The notes beneath the pieces are model-generated. The model was not told the DNA's origin. It worked only from the letters and a program-made list of their open reading frames with translations, and ran no database searches. 51,285 nt of DNA. Source: Anaerolineae bacterium (GTDB lineage Bacteria > Chloroflexota > Anaerolineae > DRVO01). A program made the translations under genes and the position numbers. The stretch spans positions 1-51,285 of the forward strand of contig DAOTVV010000208.1 of assembly GCA_034436255.1 (NCBI GenBank), in the 5' to 3' direction. Shown piece after piece: positions 9,382-18,666 of the stretch (position 1 is its first letter; each line of letters begins with the position of its first letter).

Positions 9382-10356
9382 ATGATCGAGACCAGGGGGT
9401 TGACCCGCAAGTTCCCCAGTGCCCAGGGGGAACTGCTCGCCGTGGATCACATTGACCTTAGCATCGCCAAGGGCGAGGTTTTCGGCCTGCTCGGCCCCAA
9501 CGGTGCCGGCAAGACGACGACTGTGCGCATGCTCGCCACCCTGATCGGCATCACCTCAGGCGAGGCCTGGGTGGCCGGGCTGAAGGTTGGCGAGCGCGAC
9601 AACGATATCCGCGCCAGGATTGGCATCCTTACGGAATCGCCAGGTCTCTATGAACACCTGTCGGTCGAAGCCAACCTGCGCTTCTATGCCAAGCTGTATT
9701 CGCTGACCCCCGACGAGGAAAACCGCCAGATAGCCAAGTACCTGGCCTTGCTTGGGCTTACCGCCAAGCGCAAGGAAGTTGCGGCGACCCTCTCGAAAGG
9801 CATGAAGCAAAAGCTATCCCTGGCGCGAGCTGTACTCCATGAGCCTGAGGTACTTTTCCTGGACGAGCCCACCTCAGCTCTCGATCCCGAGGCCGCCAGG
9901 TTGGTGCGCGAATTCATCCAGGACATGCGCGCCCACGGGCGCACTATCGTCCTCTGCACGCACAACCTTTTCGAAGCGGACATGTTGGCGGACCGTATCG
10001 GCATCATCAAACAGCGCCTGATCCGGGTTGACACCCCTGAGGGCGTGCGCGCCTCGCTCTATGGCCACAAGGTCGAGGTGGATCTTGTGCAGTGCCAGCC
10101 CGAAATCGGGGATGCCTTACGCTCATTGCCCTTTGTGCGTAACGTCGAGACCGGAGACTCGAAGCTAATCGTCGAGTTGCGCGACCCGGACCACAACAAC
10201 CCGGCGCTCATCTCGCGGCTCGTGGCGCTGGGGGCCGAGATCCGTTATGTGCGGCCGGTGGAGCACTCGCTTGAGGATGCTTACCTCGCCCTGATAGCCG
10301 AGGCCGACCGTCAACAGGGCCAGGCTGCACCGGCGGCCAGGGAGGCAGTGCGATGA
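9382..10356 (+). CDS. ABC transporter ATP-binding protein (ABC-2/DrrA-NatA type, with a C-terminal extension)
   Basis: Walker A GPNGAGKTT, signature LSKGMKQKL and Walker B VLFLDEPTSALD are present. GAAGGGGA lies upstream of the ATG. Confidence 0.9.
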   Translation: MIETRGLTRKFPSAQGELLAVDHIDLSIAKGEVFGLLGPNGAGKTTTVRMLATLIGITSGEAWVAGLKVGERDNDIRARIGILTESPGLYEHLSVEANLRFYAKLYSLTPDEENRQIAKYLALLGLTAKRKEVAATLSKGMKQKLSLARAVLHEPEVLFLDEPTSALDPEAARLVREFIQDMRAHGRTIVLCTHNLFEADMLADRIGIIKQRLIRVDTPEGVRASLYGHKVEVDLVQCQPEIGDALRSLPFVRNVETGDSKLIVELRDPDHNNPALISRLVALGAEIRYVRPVEHSLEDAYLALIAEADRQQGQAAPAAREAVR

Positions 10357-11141
10357 ACAGGCGAGTGTGGGCAATAGTACGGAAAGAGTGGGCGGATGTC
10401 TTTCGCAACAAGATGGTCCTGATGGTGGTGTTGCTGCCGCCCGCCCTGATGACGGTGCTCGGCCTGGGGGCCCTCTACGGGACCGGACGATTCCCGCCTA
10501 GCTCAATGGGGAACATGCAGTCCTTCCTGGACCGGCCCCAATATGCTGGGCTGAGCGCCCAAGAGGCAGGCCAGGTGCTCACCGGCTCGTACTTCATGAC
10601 CCTGTTCCTGCTGATGCCGCTCATTGTGCCGGTGAGCATTGCCGCCTATAGCATCGTGGGGGAGAAAGTGCAGCGCAGCCTGGAGCCGCTCCTCGCCACG
10701 CCCATCAGCACAACGGAACTGCTCCTGGGCAAGTGCCTGGCGGCTATCTTGCCCGCCCTTGGCGTAACTTACGCCGCTTTCATCATCTTCACCATCGGCG
10801 CCCGCCTCTTCGCCGTGAGCGACGCAGCCTTCGCGCGACTGATCAGCCCCGTATGGGTGCTGCTGATTATGGTGGTCTCGCCCCTGGCCGCAGTGCTGGG
10901 TGTGGCCCTCAGCGTCATCATGTCCTCGCGCGTGAACGATCCGCGCGCCGTCGAGCAGAGCATTGGCATCCTGGTGGTGCCCGTGCTCGGGCTGTTCGTC
11001 GCCCAGCTGTCGGGGCTGCTCACTCTCAGCTACGCCATACTGGCCGCCGGCGCCCTCGCGATGCTGGCGGTTGATGTGGCGGTGATGCGCCTGGCAGTTC
11101 GCCTATTTGACCGCGAGGCAATTCTCACGCGCTGGCGCTAG
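10353..11141 (+). CDS. ABC-2 family transporter permease
   Basis: 262-aa protein with about 6 TM helices. An ATGA overlap couples it to the upstream ATPase. Confidence 0.75.
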   Translation: MNRRVWAIVRKEWADVFRNKMVLMVVLLPPALMTVLGLGALYGTGRFPPSSMGNMQSFLDRPQYAGLSAQEAGQVLTGSYFMTLFLLMPLIVPVSIAAYSIVGEKVQRSLEPLLATPISTTELLLGKCLAAILPALGVTYAAFIIFTIGARLFAVSDAAFARLISPVWVLLIMVVSPLAAVLGVALSVIMSSRVNDPRAVEQSIGILVVPVLGLFVAQLSGLLTLSYAILAAGALAMLAVDVAVMRLAVRLFDREAILTRWR

Positions 11142-11973
11142 GGGCACGCCCATCTGGGCTGAACTCGCGCGCCATCTGCGCCACTCCCGCCGGGTCAAGG
11201 AAGATCAGCCCATCAATCTGCACTGCCGCCGCACCCAGGGAAAGGCAGGTTTCGACGTCCTCCCTGGCATAGATGCCGCCACTGGCTATGAGCGGCAGGT
11301 CCGGGCCCAGGGCCGCGACCGCTGTGTGCAGGGCCTCCAAAGTGTAGGGCAGCGTCGCCGGCCCGTAGAGTGGCCCGCTTACTGCCTGGGCAGGCGCGTA
11401 GCCGACATGGGGGGTTCCGATCACCAGGCCCGCCGGCCCGTGCGCGATAGCGACTGCTGCCAAGCTGGCGGCGCTTGCCAACGGCAGCTTGGCCAGCACA
11501 GGCAGATCCGTACAGGCTACCAGCGCCTCCAGTATCTCACGTAGCCATTCCTCGCCAGCCGACGCCGGTACCTGCAACTCCAGAGCGGCGACGCTCTCCT
11601 CCCGCTCCAGCCGTTCCGCCAGGGCGATAGCATCCTCGACCGTTTCGGCGAAGATGGCCACTATGATCGGCACTTGCCAGCGGCGCCAACTGGGAGCGAA
11701 TTCGCGCAGCACCGCCTCGACACCCGGGTTGGGCGGAGGGAAGCCGCGCAAGAACGCAGCGCGCAAACGGGCGAACCGCGGCGTTTGGCCTGCATAAGCA
11801 CGCAGCGTCGTAGGCTGGGTCACGATAGCGCCGAACCGGCCGGGTTCGATAATGCCAGCGTAGGCACGACCGTAGCCGAGGAAGCCCGCAGCCGGCATGA
11901 GCGGCGTGCGCAGTCTGAAACTGCGTTTGCCACTCTTACCACTGATCTCCGGCGAGGACCAGGCGCTGCTCAT
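11125..11973 (-). CDS. Dihydroorotate dehydrogenase (class 1B PyrD)-like TIM-barrel protein with non-canonical active-site residues
   Basis: It is collinear by eye with PyrD (PLMPAAGFLGYG, TTLRAYAGQTPRF, NPGVE, IASGGIYAREDV, GAAAVQ). The NxSCPN catalytic loop reads LQVPASA. ATGA couples it to the upstream PyrK-like gene. Confidence 0.6.
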   Translation of the reverse strand: MSSAWSSPEISGKSGKRSFRLRTPLMPAAGFLGYGRAYAGIIEPGRFGAIVTQPTTLRAYAGQTPRFARLRAAFLRGFPPPNPGVEAVLREFAPSWRRWQVPIIVAIFAETVEDAIALAERLEREESVAALELQVPASAGEEWLREILEALVACTDLPVLAKLPLASAASLAAVAIAHGPAGLVIGTPHVGYAPAQAVSGPLYGPATLPYTLEALHTAVAALGPDLPLIASGGIYAREDVETCLSLGAAAVQIDGLIFLDPAGVAQMAREFSPDGRAPSASA

Positions 11974-12704
11974 GTGAGGCGAACCAGGTCGAACAGGGGG
12001 CCCTCGCTGCAGACCCGGTGCCGGTGCCGAACCCCCTCAACCTCGCAGGCGCCGCAAATGCCGGCGCCACAGAGGAAGTCGGCCTTGAGAAGGACGTCGG
12101 CGAAACCAGGAACGAGCCGCAGCCGCGCCGTGGTCACCGTATCAGCGAGGCGCGGCATTGCCGGCTGTTCGAGCACCGCCAGCACCTGATCGGCCCAGCG
12201 CAGCGGTTCGAGGAGTGCACTCCAGTCATTCGGGTCCGCAACGGTGCACTCGACGGCGGCGGGCAGCAGTTCCGCTAGAGGCAGCCAACGTTTGTGGCCC
12301 AGGACAAGGCTGACCATCGTTCCCTGGCGCTGCGCCCAGTGTGCTGCTGCCAGAGCTGGTGCGACCGGTTCGGACAGCGCCAGTACCAGGAGGTGGCTGG
12401 CGCAGGGCCGCGGCTCCCAAGGCTGGCCGAGCGGACCCAGCGCGTTCAGCGTCTCTTCCGGCGCCAGCATGGAAAGGCCTGTTTGCCAGGGTTCCCCCAA
12501 AGGGATGAGCAACTGAGCGTGGTGCCCACCCCTCGAGAAGAAGACAGGGTGGCGCAACGGATCGAGCAAACCGTCGGCAGTGCGAACCATGACGAACTGG
12601 CCGGCCCGAGCGGGCTGGCCGAGAGGCGTGGCATCTACCTCGATCAGGCAGTGGCCGCTGGCCAACACGCCGCAAGCGACTATGCGGCATTCCTCCTGGC
12701 GCAT
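11970..12704 (-). CDS. PyrK-like ferredoxin-reductase-type electron-transfer subunit (2Fe-2S Cys motif kept, NAD-binding Gly motif degenerate)
   Basis: The C-terminal CGAGICGACEV...RVCSEGPLF matches the PyrK 2Fe-2S ligand pattern. GQFVMV...RHPVFFS sits at the FAD-binding RPxS position. GGGIG is replaced by LALSEPVAP. Confidence 0.6.
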   Translation of the reverse strand: MRQEECRIVACGVLASGHCLIEVDATPLGQPARAGQFVMVRTADGLLDPLRHPVFFSRGGHHAQLLIPLGEPWQTGLSMLAPEETLNALGPLGQPWEPRPCASHLLVLALSEPVAPALAAAHWAQRQGTMVSLVLGHKRWLPLAELLPAAVECTVADPNDWSALLEPLRWADQVLAVLEQPAMPRLADTVTTARLRLVPGFADVLLKADFLCGAGICGACEVEGVRHRHRVCSEGPLFDLVRLT

Positions 12705-12733
12705 CGGCCTAGCATCCCTTCATTGCCAGGCGC

Positions 12734-13276
12734 TCACTGGCGAGGCGTGAGATTGAACGTCAGGCTGGCGATCTTCCATGTCGAGCCATCGCGCTGCAGC
12801 AGCCAGCGATCCTGGGGTGTATGCCCGTCAGCGCCAGGTACCGTCACCTCGGCCTTGCCGGCATCCACTCTGACCAGGGGCGTGCTCGTGCGCGGCCTGG
12901 GAACGTCGGCAGGGGCAGCCACGTACGGGAACACGTCCTTCACGTAGCGCTCGCGAATTTCCGGCCATCCCTGCCAGACCCGGTCGTCGGTGGGGTCATC
13001 GGGGGTGTTCCTGGCATCAACCACCTTGCCGTCTGCGAGCCAGAGCGCCTCGAGGGCATCAATGTCCTGCTGCCTCACAGCCTCCGCCTCAGATGCGATT
13101 ACCAGCAAGACTTTTTCGGCATCGGTTGCCGGCGTGGGAGCGGGTGTCGCCGGTGGCATCGTCACGAGTACGAGGCCTGGCGTCGGCACCGGCGCTGGCG
13201 CACAGCTAGCCAGCGTGAGCGAGGCGACAGCGAGCAACGCCACAACCACCGGCAGGCGCCGGATCTGCTGCTTCAC
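12734..13276 (-). CDS. Lipoprotein, possibly with an NTF2/SnoaL-like (DUF4440-like) fold
   Basis: It has a signal peptide with a lipobox (LTLASC) and a Pro/Thr/Ala linker. Its GTG start overlaps the gyrA stop (GTGA). The fold call rests only on overall pattern. Confidence 0.5.
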   Translation of the reverse strand: MKQQIRRLPVVVALLAVASLTLASCAPAPVPTPGLVLVTMPPATPAPTPATDAEKVLLVIASEAEAVRQQDIDALEALWLADGKVVDARNTPDDPTDDRVWQGWPEIRERYVKDVFPYVAAPADVPRPRTSTPLVRVDAGKAEVTVPGADGHTPQDRWLLQRDGSTWKIASLTFNLTPRQ

Positions 13277-15720
13277 GAGCTTGACGGGCCGTGCAACCTG
13301 GCCACCGAAACCACGCTGTCGCCGCCGTTCAGCCGCATCACAATGGTGCCGCAGGCGTAGCGGCTCATACAGGCAACGTCCTTGGCCCGCAGGCGCATGA
13401 TCATGCCGTTGGCCGTCATCACGCTGATCTCGTCGCTCTCGCTGACCACGCGCGGGCAGACGATGGTGCCGGTCTTCGCGAGCATCGTCTCCCTCAGGGT
13501 CACGACGCCCTTGCCACGGCGAGAATGCCCGGGATACTCCTCCAACCTGACTCTCTTGCCGTAACCCTTTTCAGTCATCAACAACAGCGTGCCTCCGGGC
13601 TCGACCACCTCCAGCCCAGCCACGGAATCGCCGTCTTCCAGAATCATGGTCGTCACACCGCGGGCATCCCGCCCTTGCGCCCGCGCTTCCGTCTCGTTGA
13701 AGCGCAGGGCTCGGCCGTGGGCACTGACGACTATCAGGTCATCGTGGCCACTGGTCAGCTTGGCGGCGGCCAACTCATCACTGCCGTCCAGGTTTATGGC
13801 GCGCATGCCGGCGTTGCGGATTGAGGCGAACTCCTCGATGGCAACGCGCTTGAGGCGACCGGAGCGCGTGATCAGGCACAGGTAGCCGGTATGCTGGGTG
13901 CGCGGCAGGCTCAGTGCTGCCGTGACCCGCTCTCCTTCCTCGAGCGGCAGCAGGTTGATCAGGGCCACGCCTCTTGCCGTCCGCGATGCATCGGGGACTG
14001 CGTGCCCCATGCGGACCAGCAGGCGCCCACGGTTGGTGAAGAAGAAGATGCTGCTCAGGTTGGAACTGGCGAAGAAATGTTCGACGTCGTCTTCTTCCTT
14101 AGGCGAAGCGCCAGTGATCCCTTTGCCGCCACGGTTCTGCACTTTGTAAGCGGCGGTGGCAATGCGCTTGATGTAGCCGCGCCGCGTGATCGAGACCAGC
14201 ATCGGCTCATCCATGATGAGGTCTTCGGTGTCGAAGTCCTCTTCGGCGGCATCCACGATGCGGGTGCGGCGCTCGTCGCCGAACTGCTTCTTCACCTGGA
14301 CGAGTTCCTGTTTGATCGCTGCCAGCACCTTGCGCGGGTCGGCCAGGAGTTCCTCCAGCCTGGCTATCTCGGCCTGCACTTGGGCGTATTCCTCTTGAAT
14401 TTTCTGCCGCTCCAGAGCGGCAAGGCGGCGCAACTGCATGTCCAGAATCGCGCGGGCCTGTTCCTCGCTCAGGCTGAAACGTTCTCGCAGGCGCTTCATG
14501 GCAGCGTCGCTATCGCGGGAGCGCCTGATCGCTTCGATCACCTCGTCTATATGATCCAGGGCTACGAGCAGTCCCTGCAAGATGTGGGCGCGCTTGCGCG
14601 CCTTGTCCAGGTCGAACTTGGAGCGACGGACGACTATCTCCTGGCGGTGCTCGATGTAGAGCTGCAAGGTCCGCTTCAGGGAGAGTACGCGCGGCTGCCC
14701 GTCCACCAGCGCGAGCATGTTGATCGAAAAGGCCGACTGCAGCGGCGTCCACTTGAACAACTGGTTGAGGACTTTGTTAGGCTGCGCGCCGCGCTTTAGC
14801 TCGATGACTATACGCATGCCTTCGCGGTCGGACTCGTCGCGCAGGTCGCTGATGGCATCGAGTTTGCCGCTGCGCGTGAGGTCGGCGATCTTCTCCAGGA
14901 GGGCCGACTTATTCAACTGGAACGGGATCTCGGTCACCACGATGGCGAAGCGGCCGCCGCGCATTTCCTCGATCTCCGTCACGGCGCGCATGATCACGCG
15001 TCCCTTGCCGGTGGCGTAGGCACTCGCTATGCCCTCACGGCCAGCGACGATGCCACCGGTGGGAAAATCGGGCCCCTTCACGAACTGCATCAACTGCTCT
15101 ACGGTTATCTCGTCAATGCGATCATAGTTGGTGATCAGGTAGGTGAGAGCGTCGCACAGTTCCACAAGATTGTGAGGCGGGATGTTCGTCGCCATACCGA
15201 CGGCGATTCCCGAGGCGCCGTTGAGCAGCAGGTTGGGTATGGCGGCCGGCAGCACCGAGGGCTCTTTCAGAGAGGCATCGAAGTTGTCAACGAAGTCAAC
15301 CGTGTCCTTGTCAATGTCGGCGAGCATCGCCGCAGCGATTGGAGCAAGCCTGGCCTCAGTGTAGCGCTGGGCGGCCGGCGGATCGCCGTCAATGGACCCA
15401 AAGTTGCCCTGCCCCTCGATGAGCACGTAGCGCATCGAGAAAGGCTGCGCCATGCGCGCGAGGGCGTCGTAGATGGCCGCATCGCCGTGAGGGTGGTACT
15501 TGCCCATCACCTCGCCCGAGATGCGAGCGCTCTTACGCGTCGGCTTGTCGGGTGTTATGCCCAGGTCGTGCATGGCGTAGAGGATGCGCCGCTGCACGGG
15601 CTTCAGGCCATCGCGAACATCGGGCAAAGCGCGCGAGACGATCACGCTCATCGCGTAATCGAGGTAGGAGCCGCGCATCTCGCCGTCTATGTCAACTGGC
15701 TTAACATTGCCTATCTGCAT
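13273..15720 (-). CDS. gyrA: DNA gyrase subunit A
   Basis: [50 protein letters not shown] is present, along with the catalytic region HPHGD...Y and the C-terminal beta-pinwheel repeats. I prefer the ATG at 15720 (GAGG 6 nt upstream) over the ORF-track TTG at 15726. Confidence 0.97.
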   Translation of the reverse strand: MQIGNVKPVDIDGEMRGSYLDYAMSVIVSRALPDVRDGLKPVQRRILYAMHDLGITPDKPTRKSARISGEVMGKYHPHGDAAIYDALARMAQPFSMRYVLIEGQGNFGSIDGDPPAAQRYTEARLAPIAAAMLADIDKDTVDFVDNFDASLKEPSVLPAAIPNLLLNGASGIAVGMATNIPPHNLVELCDALTYLITNYDRIDEITVEQLMQFVKGPDFPTGGIVAGREGIASAYATGKGRVIMRAVTEIEEMRGGRFAIVVTEIPFQLNKSALLEKIADLTRSGKLDAISDLRDESDREGMRIVIELKRGAQPNKVLNQLFKWTPLQSAFSINMLALVDGQPRVLSLKRTLQLYIEHRQEIVVRRSKFDLDKARKRAHILQGLLVALDHIDEVIEAIRRSRDSDAAMKRLRERFSLSEEQARAILDMQLRRLAALERQKIQEEYAQVQAEIARLEELLADPRKVLAAIKQELVQVKKQFGDERRTRIVDAAEEDFDTEDLIMDEPMLVSITRRGYIKRIATAAYKVQNRGGKGITGASPKEEDDVEHFFASSNLSSIFFFTNRGRLLVRMGHAVPDASRTARGVALINLLPLEEGERVTAALSLPRTQHTGYLCLITRSGRLKRVAIEEFASIRNAGMRAINLDGSDELAAAKLTSGHDDLIVVSAHGRALRFNETEARAQGRDARGVTTMILEDGDSVAGLEVVEPGGTLLLMTEKGYGKRVRLEEYPGHSRRGKGVVTLRETMLAKTGTIVCPRVVSESDEISVMTANGMIMRLRAKDVACMSRYACGTIVMRLNGGDSVVSVARLHGPSSS

Positions 15721-15820
15721 CAACAACCTCGTGAATTGCGTTCAAGCCCCGGGCTCTCGCTCTCTGTCCCTGGGTCAGGAGTGCGCTTTCCGCCGGGAAC
15801 TGCTGGCGTGCGGCCCGGTG

Positions 15821-16903
15821 CTAGTCCTTGAGGCCGTGAGTCCTGATGCGCGCGATGAGCGCTATCTGTTGCTCGCTGGGAACCCAACCGCGCTGCTGCG
15901 CCCGCAAGCTCAGATCGGCCACCAGGTCCCTTTCCCACTTCTCGACCGGGCAAAGCCGGCGGATCAGTTCGCGCCAGTATTCCTCGCTATCGGGCGGGGG
16001 AAGAGGATGCACGATCTCTGAGACGCGCACCCGCACTGGCACGTGAGCGACGCCGCCGTTCGTCTCCAGCAGAAGCCGTCCGGTGTAGCGCCGGCCCGGT
16101 TTCAGCTTCCTGAGGTCAACCTGGACTGTGAAGCTCTGCTCGTTGCTGCTGAAACGCTCCGGTTGCACCTGCAGCCAGGAATGGCTGATGCTCACGTGCC
16201 CCGACAACAGGCCCGTACCACCGTTGCGCACTACGAACTGCTGGCTCGCCACCTCCGGCTGGCCGTACACTGTGCCGAAGTCCACCACCTCTGGTTCGAC
16301 TCGGACCGCCGGACGTGGTTCGGGAGCCACGAAGACAGTCACTGGGATGGTGCGCGTGCTGCCCAGCACGGTGCCGATCGTGACTGAGCCGACGTGCCGC
16401 CAGCCGTCGCGCAGCCCGGCCGTATCAACCGTCACTTCGACTGTGCAGGAGCTGGCCTCGGCCTCGGCAACGCTGGTGCGAAGCCAAGTCTGATTGGGGC
16501 GGACCGAGCCGCGCAGCGACCCCATTCCCTCCATCACGATGTGAAGCTGAGCAGTCTGCGTGCTGCCCTTCGGCAGGGGCCCGAACTGCAGCGATTCGGG
16601 TTCGATACTCAAACGCGGACGCGGTCCGTAAGAGCGGCGTACAGGCGCGGTCTGCGAGCCGACGGCATCAGGTCTAGCGGCAGCCCGGCGCCGGTCGTAT
16701 TCAGCCCGCTTGCCGCTGCTGCTCAGCACTTCATAGGCCATGTTTAGGTCTCGCATGCGCTCGGCAGCGTCAGGAGCATCGCTTACGTCCGGATGATACT
16801 TGAGGGCCAACCGCCGGTAAGCGGCCTCGATCACCTCCGGCTCGGCCGCGGGATCAACCTGAAGGATCTTGTATAGGTCGGCGGAATTGCTATCTCTAGA
16901 CAA
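15821..16903 (-). CDS. J-domain (DnaJ-like) protein with two Ig-like/PapD-like repeats and a unique C-terminal domain
   Basis: The N-terminal J domain reads DLYKILQV...YRRLALKYHPD, with the HPD motif present. Two internally similar ~90-aa beta-rich repeats follow (LQFGPLPKGS...TVEVTVD and VVDFGTVYGQ...FTVQVDL). The start is TTG. Confidence 0.75.
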   Translation of the reverse strand: MSRDSNSADLYKILQVDPAAEPEVIEAAYRRLALKYHPDVSDAPDAAERMRDLNMAYEVLSSSGKRAEYDRRRAAARPDAVGSQTAPVRRSYGPRPRLSIEPESLQFGPLPKGSTQTAQLHIVMEGMGSLRGSVRPNQTWLRTSVAEAEASSCTVEVTVDTAGLRDGWRHVGSVTIGTVLGSTRTIPVTVFVAPEPRPAVRVEPEVVDFGTVYGQPEVASQQFVVRNGGTGLLSGHVSISHSWLQVQPERFSSNEQSFTVQVDLRKLKPGRRYTGRLLLETNGGVAHVPVRVRVSEIVHPLPPPDSEEYWRELIRRLCPVEKWERDLVADLSLRAQQRGWVPSEQQIALIARIRTHGLKD

Positions 16904-16995
16904 GACTCATACCATCTGGGCCCTGGTCCAACAGACAATTATACCATGGCCGGGAGTTCTGCGCCATGCGCCCGCAGACAGGCCGCATGGCATAC

Positions 16996-17025
16996 TTGAC
17001 CCAGGGTGCATCTGTGTGGTACAGT
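16996..17025 (+). promoter_or_regulatory. Predicted promoter of the cold-shock gene: TTGACC, 18-nt spacer, extended -10 TGgTACAGT
   Basis: The -35 is at 16996-17001, the TG at 17017-17018 and the -10 TACAGT at 17020-17025. This implies a ~130-nt 5' leader before the ATG at 17164. Confidence 0.5.
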
Positions 17026-17163
17026 CGAGCCGCTTCTCAAGCGGGCAGAGCTCGCAGCGGGGGCGAAGTACACTGAGCCGCTACAGCGCTCATCGCAGCC
17101 AGGGCAGTTCGGGCCTGGCGGGCGAGCAGCGGCAAAGTAGTTCTGCAGGGGGTTGCCTTCAGT

Positions 17164-17379
17164 ATGGCAGAGAGGATTCAGGGAACCGTGAAGTGGTTTA
17201 GCCGCACCAAGGGCTACGGTTTCATCACCCCGGATGGTGGTGGCGAGAAGGACGTGTTCGTGCACTATTCGGCGATCCAGGGCGACGGTTTCCGCAACCT
17301 GGAGCAAGGCGAGCGCGTCGAGTTCGAAGTCGAGGATAGCCCGAAGGGTCCTCAGGCTGCCAGGGTTAACGTGATCTAA
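17164..17379 (+). CDS. cspA: Cold-shock protein (CspA family)
   Basis: [32 protein letters not shown] contains the RNP1 (KGYGFI) and RNP2 (VFVHY) motifs. Confidence 0.95.
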   Translation: MAERIQGTVKWFSRTKGYGFITPDGGGEKDVFVHYSAIQGDGFRNLEQGERVEFEVEDSPKGPQAARVNVI

Positions 17380-17409
17380 CCCCGCCCGCAGCACCCAGTC
17401 AGGAAACCG

Positions 17410-17440
17410 GCCCGGCTCCTAACTGAGAGCCGGGCTTTTT
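17410..17440 (+). terminator. Intrinsic terminator of the csp gene
   Basis: A 9-bp stem pairs GCCCGGCTC (17410-17418) with GAGCCGGGC (17427-17435), with an 8-nt loop and then TTTTT (17436-17440). The stop codon of the convergent MFS gene lies in the loop. Confidence 0.8.
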
Positions 17441-18618
17441 GTCGCCTCGCGCACTCGGCTCACCCGGGCGACGACGAGCCAGATGGGCAGCAACCCCAGC
17501 AGGCACATCCCCCCGGTGAGCCAGAAGACGGGGGCGATGCCGAGGGTATCCTTGACGTAGCCGCTCAGCGACGGCCCGGCGGTCATGCCAATGGCGTACA
17601 CAGCCTGGAAAGCACCCATCGCCGAGGCTCGTTTCTCCTGGGACACGAATTTCACCGCCAGCCCCATCAGCACGGGGTAGGTGAGCCCCTGCCCGAAACC
17701 AAAGACCACCCGGCTGAAGGCCAGCGCTGCGTAACTGCCGGTGAACGGGATGGCCGCTGTGCTGGCGGAGAGAAGAAGCAGGCCAAGTGTAATCAGCCAC
17801 TTCTCGTCCACACGCACGGCGATCATCGCCACCGTCGCCGCCATGATGGCGTTTGGCACCAGGGCCGCGAAGCCGAGCATGCCCAGAGCGGCCAGGTCAA
17901 GCTTGAGCACCTCTGTGGCGTAGATCGAGACGAAGGCGTGTGAGGTGGCAATCGCTGCATACTGCGTGATGGCGGCAACGAGCGACACCGCCAGCAACGT
18001 CGGTATGCTCATGACTGTGAGCACACTACGCAGACTCGGCGTCCCGCCCCGCTGAGCCTTCTCCTCGGGAATGGGCAGCATGACAAGCAGGCCAGCGACG
18101 GCTACGGCTGCCGCCACCCAGAAGGGCGCGGCCGTGCCCAAGCGTTGAGCAATCAGACCGCCGGAGACATTGGAGATCATCTGCCCGAACGAGGAGGAGA
18201 AGGACATGATCGCGGTCGCCTGCACAGCGCGCTCGGGCGGAAAGAGGCTGCAGAAGAGCACGGTGCAGGGGACCCACGCACAGGCAGCCACGCCAGCCAG
18301 GGCCCTGCCGATCAGCATCTGGCCGGGGCTGCGAGATGTCGCGAGCAACAACGAACTGGCCGACACTACCAGAAACCCGGCCACGATGAAGGCTTTGCGT
18401 CGCCCCAGCCGGTCCGAAAGTATGCCAAGCGGTATGCGCAGCACGAGCTGTGTGAGCCCGTAGGAGCCAGCGATCAGGCCAATCATCGTCGCTGTGGCGC
18501 CGAGCGAACGCGCGTGCTCGGGGAGTGTGGGCACGTAGACGTAGAGCGCGCCCCAGAAGAGGATGACACCGACGACAAACGTCCCGAGGAGAATCGTGCG
18601 GCTGCGATGCGGTGACAT
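17419..18618 (-). CDS. MFS transporter
   Basis: About 12 TM helices, with the MFS loop motif GILSDRLGRRK between TM2 and TM3. I prefer the ATG at 18618. The ORF-track TTG at 18660 would add 14 aa. Confidence 0.85.
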   Translation of the reverse strand: MSPHRSRTILLGTFVVGVILFWGALYVYVPTLPEHARSLGATATMIGLIAGSYGLTQLVLRIPLGILSDRLGRRKAFIVAGFLVVSASSLLLATSRSPGQMLIGRALAGVAACAWVPCTVLFCSLFPPERAVQATAIMSFSSSFGQMISNVSGGLIAQRLGTAAPFWVAAAVAVAGLLVMLPIPEEKAQRGGTPSLRSVLTVMSIPTLLAVSLVAAITQYAAIATSHAFVSIYATEVLKLDLAALGMLGFAALVPNAIMAATVAMIAVRVDEKWLITLGLLLLSASTAAIPFTGSYAALAFSRVVFGFGQGLTYPVLMGLAVKFVSQEKRASAMGAFQAVYAIGMTAGPSLSGYVKDTLGIAPVFWLTGGMCLLGLLPIWLVVARVSRVREATKSPALS

Positions 18619-18666
18619 TTGCCTCCCGGTCTTCTCGCTTCCTCTAGACGTTATACGCAAGGCCCG

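Noticed and set aside
13891-15831. Long plus-strand ORFs (13891-14799, 302 aa; 15172-15831, 219 aa) opposite gyrA.
   Set aside because: They are antisense to a full-length, highly conserved gyrA. Their sequences are low complexity and match no family.
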